Positions 1-8,956 of a stretch of DNA of 64,000 nt are shown here, in pieces. The notes beneath the pieces are model-generated. The model was not told where the DNA came from, did no database searches, and was given only the letters and a program-made list of their open reading frames with translations. Within the stretch, counting starts at the first letter, position 1. Every line of letters starts with the position of its first letter. Made by a program: the position numbers and the translations under genes. The DNA comes from a virus. The DNA lies in IMG/VR virus record IMGVR_UViG_3300032523_001141, positions 32,001 to 96,000 of that record; one strand, 5' to 3'.

Positions 1-566
1 GTATAGGTAGATTTAGGTCTAACGTAAAATCAAACTGGCACGTGTCCGGCGTATTGCATCCATTGCCCGGAATTTCTGTCGTAGTTACGGTTAGTTTGTT
101 TTGCCCAGTAATGAAATTTGCGTAACCAATGTTTACATTTACCGGTTGTTGATAATTAATCACCGGGCAACGAGGCGCCGGAATTGGGATGTTTAAATCA
201 AGGTCAAAATCAAACTGGCATGTGTCAGGCGTATTGCATCCGTCGCCCGGCACGTCTGTCGTAGTTACGGTTAGTTTATTTTGGCCAGTAACGCAATTTG
301 CATAACCAGTTTTTACAGTTACGGTTTGCTCTGTGTTGATCACCGGGCAACGAGGCGCTGGAATCGGGATGTTTAAATCGAGGTCAAAATCAAACTGGCA
401 CGTGTCCGGCGTATTGCACCCATCGCCCAGGACTTCTACTGTAGTTACAGTCAACTTGTTTTGACCGGTAACGCAATTTGCATAACCAGTTTTTACAGTT
501 ACGGTTTGCTCGTTGTTAATTATTGGGCAACGAGGCGCCGGAATTGGGATGTTTAAATCAAGGTCT
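1..566 (-). repeat. 180-bp tandem repeat (at least 3 copies plus degenerate upstream copies) encoding a 60-aa, 4-Cys unit
   Basis: Blocks 1-180, 181-360 and 361-540 align; unit PAPRCPIINNEQTVTVKTGYANCVTGQNKLTVTTVEVLGDGCNTPDTCQFDFDLDLNIPI. Confidence 0.92.
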
Positions 567-1054
567 ATGTCAAAAGAACACGTGTCGTCATTTTCGCAAT
601 CGCCCGCGGTTGCCGTGACCTCAAGTTTGTTTTTAGTAGTAAAGCAGCTTGATTTGTTGAATGCTGTCGTTACTGTTACTTTTGCCGGGTTGAACACAGG
701 GCATGGTGGCGCTGGAATAGGAATATCCAGATCAAGCCCAATTAAAAATTCGCACCCAATTGTTTGCGTAACAACAATTCCTCCGCGAGCGCTTTCAGAG
801 CTATTGCTACTGTCGCACCGCGTTTGTTGGCGCACAGAAACAGTTACGTTGCCGGGACTAATGTCTGGGCAAAACTCATCCGCCGGCGGTACAAATGGCG
901 GGCAGGTTGGGAGGTCGCAGTCGTAGATCGGCGGGGGAGGCGGTGGGATCGTGCAGTCTGCAATAAATGTAAAATCAACTTTGCACGGAGAATTGATAAT
1001 GCAGCTATTATCAAACAGCGCGACCGGGCACGACGATGATGAGGAGCTGGGCAT
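1..1054 (-). CDS. Cys/Pro-rich repeat virion (fibre-like) protein; 5' part only, runs off the window start
   Basis: Missed by the ORF track. ATG at 1054 just after the upstream stop; manual translation MPSSSSSCPVALFDNSC...DLDIPIPAPPCP... stays open into 60-aa repeats. Confidence 0.85.
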   Translation of the reverse strand, partial: MPSSSSSSCPVALFDNSCIINSPCKVDFTFIADCTIPPPPPPIYDCDLPTCPPFVPPADEFCPDISPGNVTVSVRQQTRCDSSNSSESARGGIVVTQTIGCEFLIGLDLDIPIPAPPCPVFNPAKVTVTTAFNKSSCFTTKNKLEVTATAGDCENDDTCSFDIDLDLNIPIPAPRCPIINNEQTVTVKTGYANCVTGQNKLTVTTVEVLGDGCNTPDTCQFDFDLDLNIPIPAPRCPVINTEQTVTVKTGYANCVTGQNKLTVTTTDVPGDGCNTPDTCQFDFDLDLNIPIPAPRCPVINYQQPVNVNIGYANFITGQNKLTVTTTEIPGNGCNTPDTCQFDFTLDLNLPI

Positions 1055-1059
1055 GACGA

Positions 1060-2001
1060 TTAGCAATTCTTCGAAATGACATTGTCTGATACGGTTATGT
1101 TTAGTGTGCTTAGTTCAGGGTCTGTCACTATTTGAATACCAGTACCGGGGATCAGGTTTACGTTAGGCCCCGGTAGCCCGTTAATCGATGTAATAACCTC
1201 ATTGCAGGCCGGGCCGCCGCTTAAAAACTGACTGCGCGGGTCGCCGTTGTCGTCAACAGGCGGCAGCTCGTCGGCAAAAAATTTAAGCTCGCCATTATTT
1301 GCGCATAACTCGGCGGCGGCAGTGCCTGTCGTGTCAGCTCCAAGTAGCGGCGCTATTGTAATTGTGCGCAAATTGTCGTTTTGCATAATCTCACAGTTAA
1401 GTCCGGGAATAAATTTTATGTTGTCTTTTAGGCATTCTTGGTAACTAATGACTTCGCGGGGAGTAGAAGAAGAGCTGGAACTAGTCGCGCACGGCGGTAT
1501 TACCTCGCGCGCGTAATTACCAATATTTATTGACCGTAAATATCCGTTAACCAACGACTGCACTCGGCGCGGTTCGACAACGCGCTCTGTATTGAATACA
1601 AGTGTAGTTCCGTTAATTATTTCAGCGTTGCGAATGTCGCCTGAAACTACGAAACCCTCCCACGCTGGTTCCGTAGCGCAGAACGTGGTGTCGAGTACCG
1701 GGTCGCTATCTACGTGCTCTGTTGTCCACTCTTCTGCGGTATTTGCGCGTGTGAACGTAAGCGGCTTGTCGGAGGCGCCGGGCGCGTTAGTCCGAAACTC
1801 AAATCGATAAACGTCAGCTATTTTTGTAACGCTGTGCAGGTATACAAAGTGCAAAGCGGTGTCAAACCCGCTGTCTATGCCCATGATAAAACCACAGTCC
1901 ACGATAAGCCCTGTAGGCAATACCGCAGCGGCGTACGTCTTTTTATGGACGAACGGAAATTGGCGGTATTCGTTATCGTTATAGAATCCGTCGCGCGGCA
2001 T
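1060..2001 (-). CDS. Baseplate/fibre-associated protein, paralog family member
   Basis: N-terminal YNDNEYRQFPF and C-terminal ITSINGLPGPNVNL motifs shared with neighbours; poly-Ser tract. Confidence 0.7.
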   Translation of the reverse strand: MPRDGFYNDNEYRQFPFVHKKTYAAAVLPTGLIVDCGFIMGIDSGFDTALHFVYLHSVTKIADVYRFEFRTNAPGASDKPLTFTRANTAEEWTTEHVDSDPVLDTTFCATEPAWEGFVVSGDIRNAEIINGTTLVFNTERVVEPRRVQSLVNGYLRSINIGNYAREVIPPCATSSSSSSTPREVISYQECLKDNIKFIPGLNCEIMQNDNLRTITIAPLLGADTTGTAAAELCANNGELKFFADELPPVDDNGDPRSQFLSGGPACNEVITSINGLPGPNVNLIPGTGIQIVTDPELSTLNITVSDNVISKNC

Positions 2002-2804
2002 TAAAACACCTTAGAGCCGACAGCAGCTATCTTTAACGTGTTATTTTCAGGATAAACTCTGAGTATAGCGGCTGTCTTAGCCGTACTTATGCCCGGAGCG
2101 TTAGTTGCAACAGTTATTGTAAAATTGCCATATTTATCAGGCTCGCAGCCGTTAATGGTCTTTAAAAAGGTTTTTGGCGTAAAGTCTCCGACGGGGTTTC
2201 CGGCGTCGTCTAGGCATTGAATTCGTTTAAAAAGCGGCTCGCCTACGATATCTACCCGAACCGTATTGTCGGCCTCTGCTCTTAAAACCACGCCCTTTTC
2301 ACCCACCAGCCACGCATCCCCCGTTAAAAGCTCGCCAGACGGCCCTAGAAGGCCGCGAACGCCCGGTTCTTGCGCGGGGATGACTGCGGACGCCACCAGC
2401 TCTGTGGCGGCCTGCGTGAAGGTGTGCACGCCTAGAGGCCACCCGCTCAGCAGGTTCAGGCCTTCCGTCAGGCCGATTATTACCCCGGCGGGCCGTCCGT
2501 ATTTGTCTATTAGCGGTAAGGTCGTGAAATCGCCGCTGGCGAGCTCTAGCGGGGCATACGTCGCCAAGCAGGTGTTTTGCCGGGCGCTGTCGGTGAACCT
2601 AATTGTCACTAAGTTATTATTCATCTCTATACTGGAGATAAATACACCGACCGCGCCGTTAATTGTGTACACACTGACGTCCACAAAACAGTCTTTTGGG
2701 ATATAAAAGCCATCTCGTGACTTTAACGTGGCGCTGTCGTTAAACGGGTACCGCGAGTCGCTCTGCTCATTGCGAAACTCCGGGAATACAATTCTGGCGC
2801 TCAT
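2001..2804 (-). CDS. Baseplate/fibre-associated protein, paralog family member
   Basis: FRNEQSDSRYPF; LKTINGCEPDKYGNFTI; 1-nt overlap with the next gene. Confidence 0.7.
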   Translation of the reverse strand: MSARIVFPEFRNEQSDSRYPFNDSATLKSRDGFYIPKDCFVDVSVYTINGAVGVFISSIEMNNNLVTIRFTDSARQNTCLATYAPLELASGDFTTLPLIDKYGRPAGVIIGLTEGLNLLSGWPLGVHTFTQAATELVASAVIPAQEPGVRGLLGPSGELLTGDAWLVGEKGVVLRAEADNTVRVDIVGEPLFKRIQCLDDAGNPVGDFTPKTFLKTINGCEPDKYGNFTITVATNAPGISTAKTAAILRVYPENNTLKIAAVGSKVF

Positions 2805-3689
2805 TTAAGCCCCTGCACTTGAACTGGATGTTTCGCACTGATCCACGCCCTCCCGCGGCGTCTCGTACGGGCGTTTGCCGCAAATCTCAGGCAGGTCAAT
2901 ATCGAGATACAGGCCAAAACCGCCGCAGTCAGCAAACGGAACAACCGTTAAATCTGCGGTGCCCGACAGAATATTTATGTTACCGTCGCAATCTGGGGTT
3001 ATGCCGTTTATGGATTCAATAGGGGTCTGCGGGCAGGTGCCGCTTTCCGGGCGCTGTGAGCATGGCCCTAAAAAGAATTTAAGGGGGTTGTAACCTATAA
3101 GGCCGACAGTGGCGTCTAAACCAAAAACTAGCGCTTGTGTTGTTTTGCCGTTTACTTGAATTTCGCGCAATTCTGTTACGAGTGGGGCGGCAGTCACAAT
3201 GTTTACTAATCCGGCAAGACTAGTGCCTACCCCGTATTTTCCGATAGACGTTACAGGAAGCGCCGAATAAGCGCGGGCGTTATTTTCAAGCAATAATGTC
3301 TGACGCGGCGAAGAATAGCGCGCGGTAAAATTCTCACTCACTCCGTCTCCAAATACGCACCAACCAGCAACGCCCGGTACTAGTGCTTGTACAGCGTAAT
3401 TTTTATTAAGCTGCAACGGCTTGGGCGCGCTAATTGCGGCGATAGGTGTGCTCGTTGTTGCGTTTTCATCGTCAGCGGCGCCAATCACGACCGTGACGAT
3501 TCCAGCAGAGACCGTAACGGCCTGCACAAAAGCTACTGGTCCGTATGTTTTTGGATAACGAATGTTGCAATCAACAAGGATGCTGTCGCGTATGCTGTTT
3601 CCGGCGTCGTCAATGCCCGTACTTCGATCGTTAAGCGGATAGCGCCGCCCGGCCTGCAAGTCATACCAGTTTTGATTACGGACAGGCAT
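2805..3689 (-). CDS. Baseplate/fibre-associated protein, paralog family member
   Basis: NWYDLQAGRRYPL; IESINGITPDCDGNINI; C-terminal SSSS. Confidence 0.7.
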   Translation of the reverse strand: MPVRNQNWYDLQAGRRYPLNDRSTGIDDAGNSIRDSILVDCNIRYPKTYGPVAFVQAVTVSAGIVTVVIGAADDENATTSTPIAAISAPKPLQLNKNYAVQALVPGVAGWCVFGDGVSENFTARYSSPRQTLLLENNARAYSALPVTSIGKYGVGTSLAGLVNIVTAAPLVTELREIQVNGKTTQALVFGLDATVGLIGYNPLKFFLGPCSQRPESGTCPQTPIESINGITPDCDGNINILSGTADLTVVPFADCGGFGLYLDIDLPEICGKRPYETPREGVDQCETSSSSAGA

Positions 3690-5318
3690 TTAAATACTGC
3701 TGCTTGAGGAAGCGGTGGTAGGGCCGCAAGTTATTGACGGTATTACCGTTGAGCCGTCGTCGCCGCAGTACAGAGATTTTACTATAATGAACTCTGCTGT
3801 GTCAGTTCCATCGCAACCGGCAATTATGTTTTCTACGGCGCCGTTCTCTTGTGTTATTTGTCCCGTTACAACTAGTTGCAAATCTGTAGGCGCAGATTGA
3901 TTAAAACGTAAACGGAACTGAACTTCAGCGGAATTGCCGATGTCTACTTTACCGATAGCGGCCTGAAATACAGGCCAAGAACCGCCAAGTGTTGCAAGGC
4001 CGCGGCGAGCATTTGATGTCGTTATAGACGTAAAGCCGCACACTGTTTCTGCCGTGTTGCCGTTACTCGTCGCAAACGACATAGACAACGTTACTGCTGG
4101 CGCGCATGCCGAGCATTTATTGCAGTACTGCACAAGCACGTCGATATACGGGCATCGTTGCGGTGTCATGCACGCGTGCAGCGGTTTTTGAAGTCGGCAT
4201 TCTTGTTGCCGTATCCAGCGATCTATGTTATCGCTGTGCTTTTCCACAACGCTGGACTCTTCACCGCGGACGATGCGACCAATAACGCGATACCTGTCGG
4301 CTTCGCTATTCATGTACAGCCCAAGGTTGACGTAGTCGTCACATGTGCAGCATGCCGGGCAGTTGCTGTTAATTTGCCACACTGGAGTGTTTGCGCCGGT
4401 CGGGCATACGCATCCAGCACGGGCTGTTGACGAAGATGCGCCATTAACAGTCAAAGCCGTACCCACGAGCGTCGTGGGACGATTAAGCCACAAGCAGTCT
4501 GAGGAGCCTAGTAAGATATTCGGCCCGGTTAAGCCATTTATTTCGTAGATGGGCGGTGTCGTTGTGTCACAGTCTGTGTATTTTCCTTTTCCGGACCCAG
4601 CGGCGGCGTTTAACGTAACTTGTCGTGTAGCGCGCACACCGCGAGTTTGTTGCTCGGAAACTGTGAGTGTCGTGTTATAGCCGTATTCAAAATCAATTTC
4701 GCCGGCTAATTTTATGGCTGCCGCGGAACCTAGTGCCGCTGTTTTGCCGTTTGACACATAAATAGCGTTCACGCGCTTTGGCATTTTGTAGATAGCGCGC
4801 TCGTCAATGGTGCCGTTGTTTGGTGTTATGTGTGTGGTGTAATTGCGCGCAACATCCTCGTCGTTGCCCAGCTCTGCCGCCACGGGCCATGTTTTGTAGG
4901 CGACGAGGCGGCAAACAGACGAGCCGGAAATCCATTCGTAGATGCGATAGTCGTAAGTGTTCGACGGAGACGCGCCGGCGTGACGAGCGCCCCAGTCCCA
5001 CGCATCAAATGAAACGTCGGCTGACGCAATAGACGAAAAGACAACGTTATTGTTTGCGTCGGTCACGACAATGTCGGCAGCGTGGGTAGGCGCGTACGCC
5101 CCGGCTGATGGCACGCACCCTAACCCATATAGCCAAGAAATTTTTAGTGGGTGACTTATTGCCTCGGCTAAATCTTCGTAGGCCAGATAAAAGTCAGCGA
5201 TAAGATAACGAATATCTTCAGACGGATTTACAAACGGATAATGCAATCCGCTCTGCGGTTGGTTAACACCAATGCCGCGACGCCCGGCCGAAGAATACTC
5301 GAATGCGGAGCACGTCAT
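3690..5318 (-). CDS. Cys-rich baseplate/fibre-associated protein, paralog family member
   Basis: NQPQSGLHYPF; IYEINGLTGPNILL; CPACCTC motif; C-terminal SSSSS. Confidence 0.7.
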   Translation of the reverse strand: MTCSAFEYSSAGRRGIGVNQPQSGLHYPFVNPSEDIRYLIADFYLAYEDLAEAISHPLKISWLYGLGCVPSAGAYAPTHAADIVVTDANNNVVFSSIASADVSFDAWDWGARHAGASPSNTYDYRIYEWISGSSVCRLVAYKTWPVAAELGNDEDVARNYTTHITPNNGTIDERAIYKMPKRVNAIYVSNGKTAALGSAAAIKLAGEIDFEYGYNTTLTVSEQQTRGVRATRQVTLNAAAGSGKGKYTDCDTTTPPIYEINGLTGPNILLGSSDCLWLNRPTTLVGTALTVNGASSSTARAGCVCPTGANTPVWQINSNCPACCTCDDYVNLGLYMNSEADRYRVIGRIVRGEESSVVEKHSDNIDRWIRQQECRLQKPLHACMTPQRCPYIDVLVQYCNKCSACAPAVTLSMSFATSNGNTAETVCGFTSITTSNARRGLATLGGSWPVFQAAIGKVDIGNSAEVQFRLRFNQSAPTDLQLVVTGQITQENGAVENIIAGCDGTDTAEFIIVKSLYCGDDGSTVIPSITCGPTTASSSSSI

Positions 5319-5321
5319 TTT

Positions 5322-6284
5322 TTACCCCGCGGGATCGGGGCATGTTTCGCAACCGGCGTCGCCCAACCGACTGCCAATCACTACCAAGCTCATTTGCGTA
5401 ACTTCAGAACTGAGCTTGGTTACAAAATTCTCGAGCGTGGCTACGCCGTCACTAAAGCGATCTATTTGCGTTTTTAGCGCGTCCAACTCTGCGCATCCAC
5501 AGCATGGCGATGCGCACGTGTCTATTAAGTTAATACCGTTATCACTTGCGTTAACAGAAATACAATCTGAACCAGCAATATTAAAATTGCCGTCATCTGA
5601 GCAAACACCATTAATGCAGCGGATGCATTCGCCGGTATTGTTTACTGAGCATTCGCACTCTGTGTTTAAATTTTCGCCAGAGATAGCGTTGAAAACTATT
5701 TTGGCTGTTGTGGTGCTTGTAGCCGGCTTGACTATGATCTGCATATTTGTGCCGGCAACAAACTCGACGTCCCCGTACAGCGTGGGGCTAATTTCATTAA
5801 GGCTCACGACACGAATACCGGACACGCCGCGAATCATTGGGCGTATAACGTCTGTCTCGAGCTCTCCGTCCGCGATTGCAAACTCGTACAAGCCCTGCGG
5901 CAATGCGGTTACGTCGTCAAGGCGCCCGATAACGACATGCCCGATAGAGTCAGCAAAATCAGCTATCCCGCCAACAGCGTACGTTGTATTTGGCGTATGC
6001 GTAACAATCGGTATATTAGCGCTTCCAGCTAAAACAGCCGTGCCGTTGTCGTTGTATGCAATGCTGATCGTGTACCCGACCGGCGACAGTAGAATGTTTT
6101 TGATGTAAAACTGATCTACTTGAACAGCTAACCCGGCGTGCACAGGAAAATACAGCGCTAAAATAAAGCCGTCCGGTACCCGAATTGTTCCGGTGACGTC
6201 CGTCTTAGTGGCGCGCTCTGTGAACGGGTACGAGCGCTGCGAGTTGTGGTTAAGCCACTGTAAATTCCAATTTCCGATAGGCAT
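5322..6284 (-). CDS. Cys-rich baseplate/fibre-associated protein, paralog family member
   Basis: WLNHNSQRSYPF; IRCINGVCSDDGNFNI; CASPCCGC followed by a coiled-coil-like helix. Confidence 0.7.
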   Translation of the reverse strand: MPIGNWNLQWLNHNSQRSYPFTERATKTDVTGTIRVPDGFILALYFPVHAGLAVQVDQFYIKNILLSPVGYTISIAYNDNGTAVLAGSANIPIVTHTPNTTYAVGGIADFADSIGHVVIGRLDDVTALPQGLYEFAIADGELETDVIRPMIRGVSGIRVVSLNEISPTLYGDVEFVAGTNMQIIVKPATSTTTAKIVFNAISGENLNTECECSVNNTGECIRCINGVCSDDGNFNIAGSDCISVNASDNGINLIDTCASPCCGCAELDALKTQIDRFSDGVATLENFVTKLSSEVTQMSLVVIGSRLGDAGCETCPDPAG

Positions 6285-6299
6285 AGCAATTCACCATTT

Positions 6300-8159
6300 C
6301 TACGAGCCGGATATGGTGATAATACCTGCCAGCCGCAGTAGCCCGACCTCAGACGTGTAAGTGTCCGTTGCTGTTCGTCGGAGCGTTACGAGTACTGTAT
6401 CGCCCTGCGCAACATTAAACTCTGCCGTCTGCACTTCAATTGCGTTATCTGCGTTCACCGCAACTGCAGACGCAAAAGTTAGCGGAGTAGTGTTGTCCGT
6501 AAGTATTAGCGGCTCTTGAGTAGTGCCGGCAGGTCGCGGCAGGATGCGATATTTAACTTCTAAGGCAGGCAACGTTCCTGCGCCGCGCCCAAAAAGCTGC
6601 GCCGAAATTTTCATTACTGGCGCGTTACTTAGCCCTGTGTTCGGTACGTTAAACCGCACACGCACAGACGACTCCTGCGATTCAGGAAAACCAAGATAGG
6701 GGATATCGCGGTACAGTCGTTCAACAACGTCGCTAAGGCGGATAATTTGAGGAGATATCTCGCGGTCAATTGCCGAGTCGTTAAACGACAAGCGCACGAT
6801 ACCTTGCTGCACGGTGACTGGTGTCGCCGGCAGCAAACCAAATGATGCTTTTTCAGCTGTTGTAAGTTCGCGCGTGTTTGTGCCATTTAATACAACTACG
6901 TCATTATCGCTAAATACGCCTTCTGTTAACCAACCAGTTCGAAACGTATTGCCGTTGTCAATTTGTTTGAGCGCTTTGCCGCCGTTTACGTCAGGCGTGC
7001 CGACAAGGAAGTCTAGATCAAGCGACAATTCAAGGTCACCGGTGCGGGCTGTTGCGCCGTCACAATTTGTGATCTTTATTGGGCTAGTGTCTGCGGCATG
7101 CAAGCTGGTAACAACACTACGGTCGTTACCAAACGTCATGCGTAAGAAAGCCACGATTACGCGCATACGTTCTTCGCGGGGGCACTCCGGGCCAGCAAGT
7201 GACGAGCTTGAGCTTGCCGGCGTAGCTGTCCACGGCACGTCTCCGGGGCAGTCGCTCATCCACCAAATACCGTTAGCGTCGCAGACTGCGAGCCCTGATG
7301 CGCCAAGCGGAATCTCAAAAGCGCCAGTTAGATCTTCGCCTTTATCCCAAAGAACGGCTACGGCAGATATAGGCGTCGGTGGCCAGACGCGTGAAATGGC
7401 CGGATGCCCCTTCAGGTTGTACCCGAACACCGCGCCCGCAGGCGCCTTACCGTTAAAGCTTGCGTGACTGGCAGGCAACCAACCCGGCGTAATTGTTAAA
7501 TCTGTTGCCGGATTAACTGTGATAGCGTAATGGCCGTTAGTAAGCGCGGCGACGCCAATAACTGCTGGCGTCAGCTCGAACCGATAGTGAATGTGGTCCT
7601 CGAGAAAGTCGCGAACCTGCGGCATCACCACGACCCACGGGTCAGCAGCGCAGTTCTCTTTAGCGCCTTGCACGTAGCAGACCGACACCGTGGCAGGTGG
7701 CCGTTGTTTTGTTAATTTACCCGGTTGCTCAGAAGACAAATAATATCTTCCAGCTTCTACTGTGCCGGTAATCGCGTTTGTGATGTTTGGCATCTTTACG
7801 ATGCCGCGCAAAACTACGTCGCCCAGTGTGTTGGCTTTCTTTTTGTGCAACAATCCAAGGCAGTCAGATGAAGCTTGCACAACTAACGTCTGCGTCACCT
7901 CGTCGTTTTCAACCGCGGCGAGGGCGCGCTCATATCGCTGTGTCTGGTAATTCCAGAATACCGGCTGCCCTTCAAGTACGTCGGGGGCGATTGTGGCGTC
8001 AGCATCAAACAACGCCTGCCCAAGGGCGGCGGCGTCGAGCCGATCCTTCAAATAATTTGTTCTTGACTCAAGCGCTGTGTCGGGCCTGCCGGCAATATTT
8101 GCTTGTACCGGCTCGCCTGCGACAATGTGCCGAATGTTGTAAAGCCACTTATTGGACAT
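6300..8159 (-). CDS. Tail fibre / baseplate-attached protein
   Basis: N-terminal GRPDTALESRTNYLK resembles the baseplate-attachment motif of myovirus tail fibres; YYLSxxxPGKLT beta-motif. Confidence 0.6.
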   Translation of the reverse strand: MSNKWLYNIRHIVAGEPVQANIAGRPDTALESRTNYLKDRLDAAALGQALFDADATIAPDVLEGQPVFWNYQTQRYERALAAVENDEVTQTLVVQASSDCLGLLHKKKANTLGDVVLRGIVKMPNITNAITGTVEAGRYYLSSEQPGKLTKQRPPATVSVCYVQGAKENCAADPWVVVMPQVRDFLEDHIHYRFELTPAVIGVAALTNGHYAITVNPATDLTITPGWLPASHASFNGKAPAGAVFGYNLKGHPAISRVWPPTPISAVAVLWDKGEDLTGAFEIPLGASGLAVCDANGIWWMSDCPGDVPWTATPASSSSSLAGPECPREERMRVIVAFLRMTFGNDRSVVTSLHAADTSPIKITNCDGATARTGDLELSLDLDFLVGTPDVNGGKALKQIDNGNTFRTGWLTEGVFSDNDVVVLNGTNTRELTTAEKASFGLLPATPVTVQQGIVRLSFNDSAIDREISPQIIRLSDVVERLYRDIPYLGFPESQESSVRVRFNVPNTGLSNAPVMKISAQLFGRGAGTLPALEVKYRILPRPAGTTQEPLILTDNTTPLTFASAVAVNADNAIEVQTAEFNVAQGDTVLVTLRRTATDTYTSEVGLLRLAGIITISGS

Positions 8160-8184
8160 CCTTGTCCTCCGGGGCGCTTAAAAG

Positions 8185-8811
8185 TTATTCAAAAGAGATG
8201 TCCCAAGTAATGCCGATCTGCGAAGAGGCTTCTTTGCTTGTCTGATCGCCGATATCAAAGTTTGTACGCGCAAAAATAACGTCGTGTGCTTTATCGTCAA
8301 AGCGCGGCATAGCCACTAGCGCGGCCGAGTAAACCTTGCTATTGGTTGTGTGGCTAAATGGGCACTCCTCGCCGTTGTTAACGCCAACTGCGCCGGATGT
8401 TTGCGCAAAAAACGTTAACTGATTTCCCTGCAGTGCGGACGTAAGTGCCGACGCTCCCTCGCTTCCAGCGGCGACACCAAGGGCCGGCTCTAGGCGCAGC
8501 GGGACGCGTAGGTAGTCTTTTGGCGCCGTTAGCTCTGAGTAGTAGTCAATGCCGAGTACGCGGCTAAAAGACGGGACGGCGATCGGGGCAGCTGGGTTTT
8601 CAAGGTTCTCATACTCGAAGTACATGCCCGATATGAAGTACTGATCTCGATCGGGCTGGTAACGATACCCCAGCTGTTTTGCGGCAATGTAACCCCAGCT
8701 AACTTGAATTTGATTAGGCTTAGAGATAATTGGCGTCCGGATGCCGGTTTTTTCGTCAATCCGCCAAAGCGTGACTTTACCGCGAACGTTAAATACGGAT
8801 TCTGCTGGCAT
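8185..8811 (-). CDS. Baseplate wedge / tail-collar-like protein
   Basis: C-terminal IFARTNF...K...IGITWDISF pattern typical of fibre-attachment baseplate proteins; SD-like GAGG upstream. Confidence 0.55.
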   Translation of the reverse strand: MPAESVFNVRGKVTLWRIDEKTGIRTPIISKPNQIQVSWGYIAAKQLGYRYQPDRDQYFISGMYFEYENLENPAAPIAVPSFSRVLGIDYYSELTAPKDYLRVPLRLEPALGVAAGSEGASALTSALQGNQLTFFAQTSGAVGVNNGEECPFSHTTNSKVYSAALVAMPRFDDKAHDVIFARTNFDIGDQTSKEASSQIGITWDISFE

Positions 8812-8956
8812 GTTTTTACCTCTCTGCCGCTTATTATACGCAATTTGGCCCGCCTGCCCGAATTTCTGAAGCTGTTTTATGCGGGCGCGTGACTAGGCCG
8901 CTAATAGCTTATCAAAGCGGTGTTTTAACGGGTAGTGCTGCAATGGCGGTTGTTTT

